A DNA stretch of 64,000 nucleotides from a virus. This document shows positions 8,920-18,817 of the stretch, in pieces. The stretch spans positions 1-64,000 of IMG/VR virus record IMGVR_UViG_3300003873_000007; one strand, written 5' to 3'. The notes under the pieces were generated by a model. The model was not told the DNA's origin. It ran no database searches and saw only the letters and a list, made by a program, of their open reading frames with translations. Every line of letters begins with the position of its first letter. The first letter of the stretch is position 1. Made by a program: the position numbers and the translations under genes.

Positions 8920-9422
8920 TGTTAAATTTAGCCTATACAGCGTATGTTATAAGATATCTTCTTCAAGACGAGGATATGGATATACAATTTAAGAAAGATA
9001 AAATTATTTTTAATATATATGATATATGTGTTACTACAGACGGTTTTTCATATTTTACTATTGATTCAAAGAAGATTTCTATATCAAATATTTATGAACT
9101 ATTTCAATACATTTTAGTTCAAATTACGAAACAAGATGGTTTCACAAGATATAGTAAAATAGTATATACAATTGATGAATTACCAGGAAATGAAGCTAAT
9201 ACGATAAAGCGTCTTAGTTCAAATGAAATTTTATCTACCCCAGATAAAATTTTACAAGACGTAACTTTTTTAAATGGTACACCAGAATATATTTCATCAA
9301 TTACGAGAGTGCCAAAAAGAGTAATTAGAAAAATTCGATTATATAATCGAGAAAAAATTCTTCAAAATGCTTTTAAAGAGGCTAATAAAATTTTATTAGA
9401 CATAAGGAAAAATAATGATTGA
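8919..9422 (+). CDS. Hypothetical protein, possible C-terminal HTH
   Basis: TPEYISSITRVPKRVIRKIR is HTH-like; TAATG coupling. Confidence 0.6.
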   Translation: MLNLAYTAYVIRYLLQDEDMDIQFKKDKIIFNIYDICVTTDGFSYFTIDSKKISISNIYELFQYILVQITKQDGFTRYSKIVYTIDELPGNEANTIKRLSSNEILSTPDKILQDVTFLNGTPEYISSITRVPKRVIRKIRLYNREKILQNAFKEANKILLDIRKNND

Positions 9423-10161
9423 TGGATTCGCAATAAATGCTGGTGATGAAAACCGAGTAATCACGATTAAGGATGGTGTGTATTCAATCGGATGTTTCAG
9501 AGGGAATTATGAAGAAGCTGTTCAAGCTATTTCTAATAAATATTCAGGAAAATCAAAAGATAAATACATTCAAAAGTTGACGGATTGTTTAAATGTAACA
9601 GATGATATGTTAGATGAATTAAAAGATGACCAAGATGAAGATGTTAGAAGAGCAGTTGCAGAAGCAACTACCAAATATCACGGACAATTCAAAGATGATG
9701 AATCATGGTACGTTAGATTAGCAGTGGCAGAATCATCAGATAAATACCATGAACAATTCAAAGATGATGAAGACGGAGATGTTAGAAGAGTAGTAGCAGA
9801 AGCATCAGATAAATACCATAACATATTCAAAGATGATAAAGCATGGCAAGTTAGATTAGTAGTAGCTAAATCATCAGATAAATACCATGAACAATTCAAA
9901 GATGATAAAGACGGTGATGTTAGATTAGTAGTAGCTAAATCATCAGATAAATATCATGATATATTAAAAGATGATGAATCATGGTTAGTTAGAGCAGTAG
10001 TAGCAGAAGCATCTGATAAATATCATGAACAATTCAAAGATGATAAAGATGAAGAGGTTAGATTAACAGTAGCTAAAGCATCTACCAAATATCATTCTAT
10101 TTTAAAAGATGATGAATCATGTCTAGTTCAAGAAGCAGTAAAAAATTATAAGGAAAAATAA
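9415..10161 (+). CDS. HEAT/LRV-like 23-aa repeat protein, paralogue 1 (7 full repeats)
   Basis: DDxxxxVRxxVAxxSxKYHxxFK repeats; N-domain IGCFRGNYEEA. Confidence 0.85.
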   Translation: MIDGFAINAGDENRVITIKDGVYSIGCFRGNYEEAVQAISNKYSGKSKDKYIQKLTDCLNVTDDMLDELKDDQDEDVRRAVAEATTKYHGQFKDDESWYVRLAVAESSDKYHEQFKDDEDGDVRRVVAEASDKYHNIFKDDKAWQVRLVVAKSSDKYHEQFKDDKDGDVRLVVAKSSDKYHDILKDDESWLVRAVVAEASDKYHEQFKDDKDEEVRLTVAKASTKYHSILKDDESCLVQEAVKNYKEK

Positions 10162-10769
10162 TGATTGATGGATTCGCAATAAATGCTGGTGATGAAAACC
10201 GAGTAATCACGATTAAGGATGGGGTGTATTCAATCGGATGTTTCGAAGGGAATTATGAAGAAGCTGTTCAAGCTATTTCTAATAAATATTCAGGAACATC
10301 AAAAGATGAATATATTCAAAAGTTGACGGATTGTTTAAATGTAACAGATGATATGTTAGATGAATTAAAAGATGACCAAGCATGGGAAGTTAGAGAAGCA
10401 GTTGCTAAAGCATCTGATAAATACCATGAACAATTCAAAGATGATAAAGATGAAGATGTTAGAATAGTAGTAGCAGAAGCATCTGATAAATATCATGTAC
10501 AATTAAAAGATGATGAATCATGGGAAGTTAGAGAAGCAGTTGCTGAAGCATCTGATAAATACCATGAACAATTCAAAGATGATAAAGATGAAGATGTTAG
10601 AGCAGCAGTTGCTAAAGCATCTGACAAATACCATGATATATTAAAAGATGATGAATCATGGGAAGTTAGAGAAGCAGTTGCTAAAGCATCTGATAAATAC
10701 CATGATATGTTCAAAGATGATGAATCATGGGCAGTTCAAGAAGCAGTAAAAAATTATAAGGAAAAATAA
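10161..10769 (+). CDS. HEAT/LRV-like 23-aa repeat protein, paralogue 2 (5 full repeats)
   Basis: N-terminal ~70 aa and C-terminus near-identical to paralogue 1; 46 aa shorter. Confidence 0.85.
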   Translation: MIDGFAINAGDENRVITIKDGVYSIGCFEGNYEEAVQAISNKYSGTSKDEYIQKLTDCLNVTDDMLDELKDDQAWEVREAVAKASDKYHEQFKDDKDEDVRIVVAEASDKYHVQLKDDESWEVREAVAEASDKYHEQFKDDKDEDVRAAVAKASDKYHDILKDDESWEVREAVAKASDKYHDMFKDDESWAVQEAVKNYKEK

Positions 10770-11489
10770 ATGAGTACACCAGAAGAGTTTGAAAATGATT
10801 TTACAGATGAGGCAGATGATAATATATTTCCAGAAAATGATGTATTTGATCCACAAGAAGAAGATCAAATAAATAGTTCATTAGGTGAATTATATGATTT
10901 TGATTTACAAGAATTGATTAAATATTCAAATAGAACCCATTATTTAAAATGGGTTCTACACAATGATATTAGTGTTAGATACCATGAAGTATTTCAAGAT
11001 AAGCCTGAGCTAGTAGGAAAATATATTTTAAAGGACCATGAAACAAATACTTTTCAAGTTTTAAGTAATAAAATGGCAAGAGCCATTATTGATGGTGGGA
11101 ACACAAAAGATTATACAGAAATTTATGGATATCTTCAAAACAAAGAATATCATAAATTAATAAAACATAATAATCAATGGTATCATAGAAACGAATCAGA
11201 TTTAGATAAATTTCATGAAAAAAGATTACAGCAAAAAAATTGGAAACAAGAAGAAGAAAAATTTATTAGACAAATAGACTTAAAAACGTTTACTTTGTAT
11301 TATGAAAGTAGCTATTTTGTCTTAACTGCTTCTTTTAAAGGCCAGTCTAAATCGATATGGGAGTATTATTTATATGATGAAGCAATTAATAAATTAAAAG
11401 AACAAGTAAATATTAAAAAAGATTTAGTGTTTGCTCCAACCGAAGAGATGCTAATCGAAGCATATAACACACACACAAAGGAAAAATAA
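10770..11489 (+). CDS. Hypothetical protein with acidic N-terminus
   Basis: 239-aa coupled ORF. Confidence 0.7.
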   Translation: MSTPEEFENDFTDEADDNIFPENDVFDPQEEDQINSSLGELYDFDLQELIKYSNRTHYLKWVLHNDISVRYHEVFQDKPELVGKYILKDHETNTFQVLSNKMARAIIDGGNTKDYTEIYGYLQNKEYHKLIKHNNQWYHRNESDLDKFHEKRLQQKNWKQEEEKFIRQIDLKTFTLYYESSYFVLTASFKGQSKSIWEYYLYDEAINKLKEQVNIKKDLVFAPTEEMLIEAYNTHTKEK

Positions 11490-12055
11490 TGGATTATAAA
11501 TTAAAATTTGGTTGCGATGAAGATGTATTTTCATTCTTAGGGAATAAAATTATGCATGGTAAAGTAACCTCTGTAAAAATTACACACGATGAAGAAATCA
11601 CAATAGAAGCTTTTATAGAATCAATTGTTAATAATCAAGCATTTGGATGGACTCCAATGATTGATTTAAAGCAAACAAAAGAAGATGCTATTCAAGTATA
11701 TATAAATAAAATAAATAAAGTTGAATCATCAGAATCCGAATTAGATTATGTCAAAGATTCATTTAAAGATGCCGAAAATGCCGAAAATATAATTCATACA
11801 AAATATAAAATCGGTGATAAAGTATTTGAATTATCATCAAATGGTCAAATATTTTCTTATGAAATAGAGGAAATTGTAATTTTGCAGGATATGGATAATT
11901 ATTCAAATATATCAGTTACAATAACATATGGCATCAAAAATAATTTAGTAATGAAATTGGAAAATGTATTATTTAAATCATTTGATGATGCAAAAGAGTG
12001 TTTTATTCAAAAATTACGTGATACACCTGTAAATGAAAAAATTAAAATAGGATAA
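11489..12055 (+). CDS. Hypothetical protein with an internally duplicated small beta-domain
   Basis: KFGCDEDVF / KYKIGDKVF halves. Confidence 0.65.
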   Translation: MDYKLKFGCDEDVFSFLGNKIMHGKVTSVKITHDEEITIEAFIESIVNNQAFGWTPMIDLKQTKEDAIQVYINKINKVESSESELDYVKDSFKDAENAENIIHTKYKIGDKVFELSSNGQIFSYEIEEIVILQDMDNYSNISVTITYGIKNNLVMKLENVLFKSFDDAKECFIQKLRDTPVNEKIKIG

Positions 12056-12059
12056 CATA

Positions 12060-13445
12060 ATGTTTGATTTAAAAACAGAAATCAGTAGAATCGAAGCAAA
12101 TGTAAAAGAGACATCTAATGCATCTGCGATTAACTACGTAATGAGAAATTATTTACATGAATTAAAATCTATAGATTCTTTTCAAGAAGATAATAAACCA
12201 GCAAAAGAGATAGATATATATAGTGATATAATGGAAACTATTTCCGGAATGAGATTTAAAGATGATCGATATGCAGCTGCTGTAAAGTGGTGTAATCTAC
12301 AATCCATTAAACCAAAAGATGCAACTAAATTATTTGATTTAGTAAATAAAGGTGAAAAACGAGCTAGTACAGCTAGGGAAGAAATAGATAAAGGTTGGAG
12401 ATTACCAACTGAAGATGAAATGATTACTTTTCTTAAACATAGAAAAGCTTCAAAATCATATTTTAACAGAGTAGTTTGGCTAAAAAATTACCATATAATG
12501 TCTTTACGAACACGTAAAGTGAATAATGATACAAGTAATTATTTAGGTATCGGAACTAGTTATTTTTTAATACTTGTTCGCAATACACAAAAAGGATTAC
12601 AATTTAAACCTTTAGATGGATTATATAATAAAAATGAAATTCGTTTAAAAATCAAAGAGTTTAATAATCCAGTAAAACGAAAATACACAGCAAATGATTG
12701 TGGAACAGATAATACTTTATCAAAAGTATTAAACACAAAAGAAGAACTATTAGAATATATTGGAAGATATTATATAACACCTAAAGGATTAATTAGAATA
12801 ACTAACGATGAATCACTTATTGGAAAAATCTTAAATATTCGTAGTCCCTTATTTTGTGAGAGTTCTGGAACTATATGTAAGGTGTGTAACGGCAAATCGT
12901 TACCAAAATATAATTATAAACCATCACCAGGAAGAAGACGAAGCACACCAATTCCGAGTAAAACAAAATATACGACAAATATTAAATATGTAATGTTTCA
13001 TTATGCATTTAGTAAAACTCAATCAGATGCTCCTTTAGATGCTAGACATTTTTCAATTAGAGCATGTGTTGTAAAATCTAAAATGAATCCAGTTGGAATT
13101 AAGTTAAAGGATTTTGAATTAAATGATATAGGATTAATAAATGGTAGATTTTATATTGACGATGAAATTAAAAGATTGGGGCTGGATATTCCTCTATATT
13201 TTAATGAAATTGATTACAATTTTATTTCTAAGTATGGTGCTCGTAATTGGGTTAAGTATAGTAATTTTAAATCAAATTTCGATTATACTTCAGCAATGAA
13301 TGATGTAATAACTAGATATTTTGATGTACCAGAAAAATACACAATTGGTCAGTCGTTTGCAAAACGACTAATAATAGATAGATCCCCGGAAATTGAAGCA
13401 AAAGACATTGATGCTAAATTATCAGGAATATCACAATTTAAATAA
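12060..13445 (+). CDS. Mosaic protein with a WRLPT motif and an RNAP beta' Zn-binding module
   Basis: GWRLPTEDEM; DCGT...GRYY...IGKILNIRSPLFCESSGTICKVC. Confidence 0.7.
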   Translation: MFDLKTEISRIEANVKETSNASAINYVMRNYLHELKSIDSFQEDNKPAKEIDIYSDIMETISGMRFKDDRYAAAVKWCNLQSIKPKDATKLFDLVNKGEKRASTAREEIDKGWRLPTEDEMITFLKHRKASKSYFNRVVWLKNYHIMSLRTRKVNNDTSNYLGIGTSYFLILVRNTQKGLQFKPLDGLYNKNEIRLKIKEFNNPVKRKYTANDCGTDNTLSKVLNTKEELLEYIGRYYITPKGLIRITNDESLIGKILNIRSPLFCESSGTICKVCNGKSLPKYNYKPSPGRRRSTPIPSKTKYTTNIKYVMFHYAFSKTQSDAPLDARHFSIRACVVKSKMNPVGIKLKDFELNDIGLINGRFYIDDEIKRLGLDIPLYFNEIDYNFISKYGARNWVKYSNFKSNFDYTSAMNDVITRYFDVPEKYTIGQSFAKRLIIDRSPEIEAKDIDAKLSGISQFK

Positions 13446-13454
13446 GGAAATATA

Positions 13455-14396
13455 ATGAGAGCTATAAAAGTTAGTTTAATTTTTACAATATTAGTAACGA
13501 GTTTATTTGGTAATCCAAATTGGTATAGAAATATCAAATCTAATAATACTATTATCGGATTTGGAGAAGGAAAAAGTAAAAAAGAGTCAGTTGATTCAGC
13601 AAGAGTAGAAATTGCTGAAACCATTGAGGTACAAGTACAAAGTACAAATGATATAACAACTAAAGATGATAAAACATCTTTGAATTTTAAAATAAATACA
13701 CAGTCAAAGCAAGATCTAATAAATTCAAAGATAATAAAAATTGAAAAACAAAATGGTATATGGTATAGTGCTGTTGAATATTCAAATCTTCCAAGTGTTA
13801 TGATACTTAGCAATAAATTAAAAAATATGAGAAAAGTAAAAAATTTTAAAAAATCATATTTAAATTATACCAAATTCGGAAAACAATTAAAAAAACTTAC
13901 AGGATATGATTTTAAATTAGATTTATATCGCTATAATAATAGTTGGTATATCCGAAGTGATTCCGTTTCTGTTCGATTAAGAGATACGGAATTCTTTGAA
14001 TTATTTATCTCAAAGCAAACAGATAATTATTTTTATGTTCCTTACATCTTACATCGAAATCAAACATTATTCTTTGAATTTGATTCAAAGAATAAATATA
14101 GAACATTATTATGTGTAGAAAGTGATGGGAAAGTGGGTATAATTGCAAAAAATTTAACAACAACTGTATTTCCTGGTAAGTCACAAGAGATTATTGTTAA
14201 TAATGATACAGGATCAACTATTAATGAAATGTATATATTAATAACAACACCTAAAAAATTGAGTGCAACTGAACTTAATGCATTTGAAACAATTAATGAA
14301 AAAGTTTTAGATGATTCAAATTATAAGTTTGATGAATTAATTAACATTTTAAATAAATATGAGTACTCAAGTACTCAAGTAAAAATAAGGGGCTAA
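13455..14396 (+). CDS. Exported LPP20-like protein, possible C-terminal DUF4384-like domain
   Basis: Signal peptide, NPNWY..., GFGEG...ARVEIAETIEVQVQS. Confidence 0.6.
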   Translation: MRAIKVSLIFTILVTSLFGNPNWYRNIKSNNTIIGFGEGKSKKESVDSARVEIAETIEVQVQSTNDITTKDDKTSLNFKINTQSKQDLINSKIIKIEKQNGIWYSAVEYSNLPSVMILSNKLKNMRKVKNFKKSYLNYTKFGKQLKKLTGYDFKLDLYRYNNSWYIRSDSVSVRLRDTEFFELFISKQTDNYFYVPYILHRNQTLFFEFDSKNKYRTLLCVESDGKVGIIAKNLTTTVFPGKSQEIIVNNDTGSTINEMYILITTPKKLSATELNAFETINEKVLDDSNYKFDELINILNKYEYSSTQVKIRG

Positions 14397-14397
14397 T

Positions 14398-15054
14398 ATG
14401 AGTTTTATTTCGAATTTAGTTGCAGGAGAAATTGGTGGAAGCATAACGGATGATAGCTATAATATAGATAAAACATCTCGTGTTCACGGCACAGCAGAAG
14501 ATATTGTAAAGCGATTACAAATATTTGATCATCTAACAAAATACTTTGCTGTTGATGCAGTTGATGATGGGTATCTTATATATAACTGCGAAATTAATTG
14601 GCAAGATAAACGCAAAACGTTAGTTTTAAAAAAGAGAGAAATGACCAGAAAAAAAGTTCCAAGAGGAATCTTATATCCGATTGAGCGAGAATTGTTTAAA
14701 GAGTATCAAGATATTATGTTATCTTATATTGGAACATCATTCAATCGTCCAAGATATAGAGTATTTCATGCAAAAAACATATTTGAAAAATTATTAAAAT
14801 TATCAAATAAAGGTTTTCTTAATAAAAAGGTAAATATAGATAATCATGAAATCACACTATCAGATAAATTGATAGATGTATTTAATGAATATTATGATTT
14901 AGTAATCTTACAAGATGAAAAAGAAATAGAAGATATGGAATGTATTAAATTGTCAGGTGATTTAAAACAACATACTTGTTTAAGTAAATTAGGTTATGAA
15001 ACATATAAAAATATAGATCTTAAAAAAGATACATATATTAAAATAAGGAAATAA
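14398..15054 (+). CDS. Hypothetical protein
   Basis: 218-aa ORF in operon. Confidence 0.7.
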   Translation: MSFISNLVAGEIGGSITDDSYNIDKTSRVHGTAEDIVKRLQIFDHLTKYFAVDAVDDGYLIYNCEINWQDKRKTLVLKKREMTRKKVPRGILYPIERELFKEYQDIMLSYIGTSFNRPRYRVFHAKNIFEKLLKLSNKGFLNKKVNIDNHEITLSDKLIDVFNEYYDLVILQDEKEIEDMECIKLSGDLKQHTCLSKLGYETYKNIDLKKDTYIKIRK

Positions 15055-15055
15055 A

Positions 15056-15277
15056 ATGTTAGAAAATACAATGGTTTTTATAGGAATAGTTTTTGTAGTT
15101 TATGGTTTAGTTGTTTTAATTTCAGATTTAGTAATATTTAAACATATATCCGATGCTGCTATGATATCAGCAGTTCGACAAATTGATATAGAATCTAGAG
15201 AACATTCACTTAGAGGGATTTTAATGTTTTGTGTCTGGACAATTGGATTTTTCTTAATTTTTTTAGGATTAAAATAA
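15056..15277 (+). CDS. Small membrane protein
   Basis: Two hydrophobic segments, RBS. Confidence 0.65.
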   Translation: MLENTMVFIGIVFVVYGLVVLISDLVIFKHISDAAMISAVRQIDIESREHSLRGILMFCVWTIGFFLIFLGLK

Positions 15278-16311
15278 TGAAATATGTGAAGCCTAGAAAA
15301 TTAAAAAAAAGAAATAGAAAATATATAAAAAGTATTTTAAATATGATTCCATTTAAAATTAAAGCACAGTTATTTGGTTCTGGTTATTTTATATTTTCTT
15401 TTCGTGAGAGCTCTGTTTTACATTTTAAACTAAAAGAATTTCCTGATTGGAAATTTGGAATATGGTTAAATGATTATGATTATAGACAGTATGAAATATT
15501 TGGTCAATGTATTTCAATGATTGATAAATTTAAACCAAGTAGAAGTCCTCTATGTGAGGATAACATACAATCATTTAATGATGAACTTTATAAAATATAT
15601 GTTAAAGATGATTCATGGCTAGAGTATCTACGTGATGCAGCGGAAGAGACAGAGATGTTGAATAAATACGATATTCAAAACAGAGTATATTATAAAGCAT
15701 TTTTTGATTTTATTACTAATTGGAATAAAAAACAAGAAGAAAAAGAAGATACGGATTTTAAAAGATTGTATTTAAAATTGCAAGATAATGGAAGCAATTG
15801 TAGTCCAAGATATAATATCAATGTAAAGTCGTTTGAAGAATTTCAAACAAAAGAATTTGAATTTGAATATTTTGCAATGGAATTTGTATTATATGTAAAA
15901 ATTTGTGAATATATAGATGCTATATATGATCCAAATAAATTAACTGGTTTTTATGCAAACAATTTTATTTTTAATGGAACGATTCGAGAAGAAATTCTAG
16001 GTGAACAAGAATGGACTCAACGATCAATTGATTATAAATGGGACGAACAAGACTACAGTAAATTTTTGGAAAATAAATACAATTATTATAAACCATATGA
16101 AATTAGTGATAGAAAATTAAAAATTCAATTATATTCATGGTTTGTTACAAATTATTGTGATTCACAAACACAACATTGTTTTATTGATACATATGAAAAA
16201 CTTTACTCAGGAAAATATAATGTTCAATATGCAAAAGAAGTGATTAATGAAATGTTTAGAAACCCCGAAAGAGTTCAATTAAAATTAAATAAATTAAAGG
16301 AAGGAATGTAA
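15277..16311 (+). CDS. Hypothetical protein (start likely 15277 by TAATG coupling)
   Basis: Long ORF. Confidence 0.7.
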   Translation: MKYVKPRKLKKRNRKYIKSILNMIPFKIKAQLFGSGYFIFSFRESSVLHFKLKEFPDWKFGIWLNDYDYRQYEIFGQCISMIDKFKPSRSPLCEDNIQSFNDELYKIYVKDDSWLEYLRDAAEETEMLNKYDIQNRVYYKAFFDFITNWNKKQEEKEDTDFKRLYLKLQDNGSNCSPRYNINVKSFEEFQTKEFEFEYFAMEFVLYVKICEYIDAIYDPNKLTGFYANNFIFNGTIREEILGEQEWTQRSIDYKWDEQDYSKFLENKYNYYKPYEISDRKLKIQLYSWFVTNYCDSQTQHCFIDTYEKLYSGKYNVQYAKEVINEMFRNPERVQLKLNKLKEGM

Positions 16312-16487
16312 TGACATATGTATACAAACAATTAGCAGAGTTGACAAATAGAAATGTTGATGATTTTAAGATTGGTTATGATAACTGGAAAAAAGAAACA
16401 GGATTAACTGATGAAGAAGCAAATAGAGAATTATTTAGTTTACCTGAAATGGCAGCAATCGCATTGCTTGAAATTCATATGAAGTAA
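16311..16487 (+). CDS. Small hypothetical protein (58 aa, MTYVYKQLAEL...)
   Basis: Read manually; fills the gap; TAATG coupling, AAGGA RBS. Confidence 0.6.
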   Translation: MTYVYKQLAELTNRNVDDFKIGYDNWKKETGLTDEEANRELFSLPEMAAIALLEIHMK

Positions 16488-16490
16488 CTT

Positions 16491-16685
16491 ATGATTGATA
16501 ATAATATTAAAATTATAAACTTATATCTCATTGTTAGATATATGGGCGTAGAAAATTGGTTTTTAACTAGAGAAGAAGCTTATGATAATCTTCAATGGTA
16601 TAATAACGAAAATGAAGATATGATAATTGAAATTCAGTCATTTGAAGGCTCACATGAACATGTAGCAGCCTTAGAAAATACATAA
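16491..16685 (+). CDS. Hypothetical protein
   Basis: 64-aa ORF in operon. Confidence 0.6.
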   Translation: MIDNNIKIINLYLIVRYMGVENWFLTREEAYDNLQWYNNENEDMIIEIQSFEGSHEHVAALENT

Positions 16686-16695
16686 AGGTAATATA

Positions 16696-16911
16696 ATGAG
16701 TTACGCATTATATGATTTAAGAGAAGAGTTTGAGAAGAATACCAATGTTGCAATGGATGAGAACTTAACCATGAATAAATTAAGAAATACTGATGTTGAA
16801 GTAATTTCTGAAGATGGTTTAATTTATCAAGGATTAGATGGTATTAAAAGCATTAAGATAGAAAATACTTTAACTAGTATTAAACCAAACCGAAAATTTA
16901 AGGTAAGATAA
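16696..16911 (+). CDS. Hypothetical protein
   Basis: 71 aa, AAGGT RBS. Confidence 0.65.
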   Translation: MSYALYDLREEFEKNTNVAMDENLTMNKLRNTDVEVISEDGLIYQGLDGIKSIKIENTLTSIKPNRKFKVR

Positions 16912-17381
16912 TGAAATTAGAATTAAAAAAAGAAAATGTTCCAAATATTGGATTAAATGATATAAAAGCAGGTGAAACTTTTAGATTTTATAAAAATAAA
17001 AGTTTAGAAAGAAGTGTTCAAGATAAAGAAATTTATATGAAACTTAATAGTGATGATTTTAAATGTGTGCAGTTATCAGGAGATTGTGCAATTGTAAAGC
17101 GTTTTGGTCCATTAGTTGGTCATATGGTTAAAACTAAAATTAAAACACATCATATAGAAAAAGAAAACATTATTATGTTACAAGAGGTAGAAATAGGAGA
17201 AGTTGTATCTATTTATATAGGAGATAGTGTATTTATGGATAATGTATTTATGATTGCTAATAATCCAATAGAAAAAAATCTAACATCATTGGTTGATTTG
17301 GAAACAGGTGACATTCACAAAATGTCAAATGAAGTTTTATGTTGTTGTCATACAACTTCTTTATTAGTAGAGGAGGTTTAA
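16911..17381 (+). CDS. Hypothetical protein with an internal duplication
   Basis: LNDIKAGETF / LQEVEIGEVV halves. Confidence 0.65.
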   Translation: MKLELKKENVPNIGLNDIKAGETFRFYKNKSLERSVQDKEIYMKLNSDDFKCVQLSGDCAIVKRFGPLVGHMVKTKIKTHHIEKENIIMLQEVEIGEVVSIYIGDSVFMDNVFMIANNPIEKNLTSLVDLETGDIHKMSNEVLCCCHTTSLLVEEV

Positions 17382-17651
17382 TTGAAAAAATCATTAGATA
17401 TTAAATTAGAAAAAGAGATTTTAAAAATTGATAATACAGCAAATATTATAGTTGATGATGCAATTCAAAAAATATGTAACAACCAAAAACTATTTGAATT
17501 ATATAATGCAGCAGATACAGATGATGATTTAATGGTTCCTGTTTTAAATTTTAAAAATATTAAAATAGCAAAACGATTATTTGAAAAAGATCATAAGCTT
17601 ATTAATTCAGCTTTAAAAAATATGCTAAAAGAGGTAAAAAATGAACGGTGA
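17382..17651 (+). CDS. Hypothetical protein (TTG start)
   Basis: GAGG RBS, 89 aa. Confidence 0.6.
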   Translation: MKKSLDIKLEKEILKIDNTANIIVDDAIQKICNNQKLFELYNAADTDDDLMVPVLNFKNIKIAKRLFEKDHKLINSALKNMLKEVKNER

Positions 17652-18069
17652 TATATTAAATAAAATTCTACTCAATAGATTAGAAGTAAAAGATAAGAAA
17701 ACAGGTGACAAACGATATCATATTAGAGGAGTGCAGCGATTAAACTCTACTATGATAAGTGTAGTTTTATACAATAGAATAGGTAAAAATAAAACAAAAG
17801 TTATGGAGTTACAAGACTTTATTAAAAATTTTGATGAAGCAGCTCCTCTTACACAAAAAGATGAATTTAACAAACTTCTTAAAATACCAGATATATTATC
17901 AAGAAATAGTCAAATTGTTCATTTTTTAAAAAAATATTGTGATGATGTAGTTCATGAAGGAAATCCTGATGCAGCAGATAGATATAAACATACAACATAT
18001 ATTTTTAAAGATGAGTCATCCGTCACATTTAAAGATTCAAACATCCAATGGAAATATGAAGCAGCTTGA
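17641..18069 (+). CDS. Hypothetical protein
   Basis: 142 aa, GAGGT RBS. Confidence 0.7.
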   Translation: MNGDILNKILLNRLEVKDKKTGDKRYHIRGVQRLNSTMISVVLYNRIGKNKTKVMELQDFIKNFDEAAPLTQKDEFNKLLKIPDILSRNSQIVHFLKKYCDDVVHEGNPDAADRYKHTTYIFKDESSVTFKDSNIQWKYEAA

Positions 18070-18202
18070 ATTTCCAAAAGAGGTATATGTTGAAATAAAA
18101 GGATCTTTAAAAGAGGATACCGTTAAAAATTTAAAAATTAAATATAAACAACAGTTGCCTAAAAAGAAAATATATAAACAACAAGTGTTTAAGGAGTTGT
18201 AA
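18056..18202 (+). CDS. Small hypothetical protein (start likely 18056)
   Basis: 3' part of track ORF 17954..18202; fills the gap. Confidence 0.45.
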   Translation: MKQLEFPKEVYVEIKGSLKEDTVKNLKIKYKQQLPKKKIYKQQVFKEL

Positions 18203-18585
18203 TGTTAGACATAGGAAGTGGATTATACACAAATGATACATTAGATTATAAGACTAATCAGGAGTTACGCCATCTCTGGGAAGACAAACTACCCGAGCCT
18301 TTTGATAATTATGAATTTGATTTGAATAGTATGAGTGTTAAATTAAAAAATATATGGGACAATAAAGATGATTATTATAATCTTATTTTTGAACCATATG
18401 AAATTATTATTAGAAGTTTCAAAAATGTGTATTTAATTGCAATTGAGAATATGAATGATAATAATTTAGTTGTAGAAGAAGAATGTGATTATCAAACATT
18501 AAATCAAATAATAAATTCTTTTATAAAAACATCAATTCCTTCAGAAGAAGAATTAAAAAAAGCGGAGATAAATTATGTTAACTGA
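18202..18585 (+). CDS. Hypothetical protein
   Basis: 127 aa, AAGGAG RBS. Confidence 0.7.
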   Translation: MLDIGSGLYTNDTLDYKTNQELRHLWEDKLPEPFDNYEFDLNSMSVKLKNIWDNKDDYYNLIFEPYEIIIRSFKNVYLIAIENMNDNNLVVEEECDYQTLNQIINSFIKTSIPSEEELKKAEINYVN

Positions 18586-18817
18586 TTTTACTGAAAACGA
18601 ATTATGCGAGGCATTTGCAGCTATTCACGATACATGTATAGCTGATGTGTTGATTGAGAAAAATGATAAATTAACTGTATTTTTATTTGATATGACAATG
18701 CAGGAACAATTGTTTCAACATTTTTCTAGTACTTCTAGTACTTCTAGTACTTCTAGTACTTCTAGTACTTCTAGTACTTCTAGTATTTCTAGTCCTTTTA
18801 GTGCAGGAAAAAAATAA
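18575..18817 (+). CDS. Hypothetical protein with a Ser/Thr repeat tail
   Basis: GGAG RBS; (SST)n. Confidence 0.65.
   Translation: MLTDFTENELCEAFAAIHDTCIADVLIEKNDKLTVFLFDMTMQEQLFQHFSSTSSTSSTSSTSSTSSTSSISSPFSAGKK
18725..18796 (+). repeat. 9-bp tandem repeat (TCTAGTACT)x6 plus 2 degenerate copies
   Basis: Seen directly. Confidence 0.9.

Noticed and set aside
9415-10769. Diversity-generating retroelement target/template pair
   Set aside because: Both copies are intact ORFs, differences are not evidently adenine-specific, and no reverse transcriptase is in the window.
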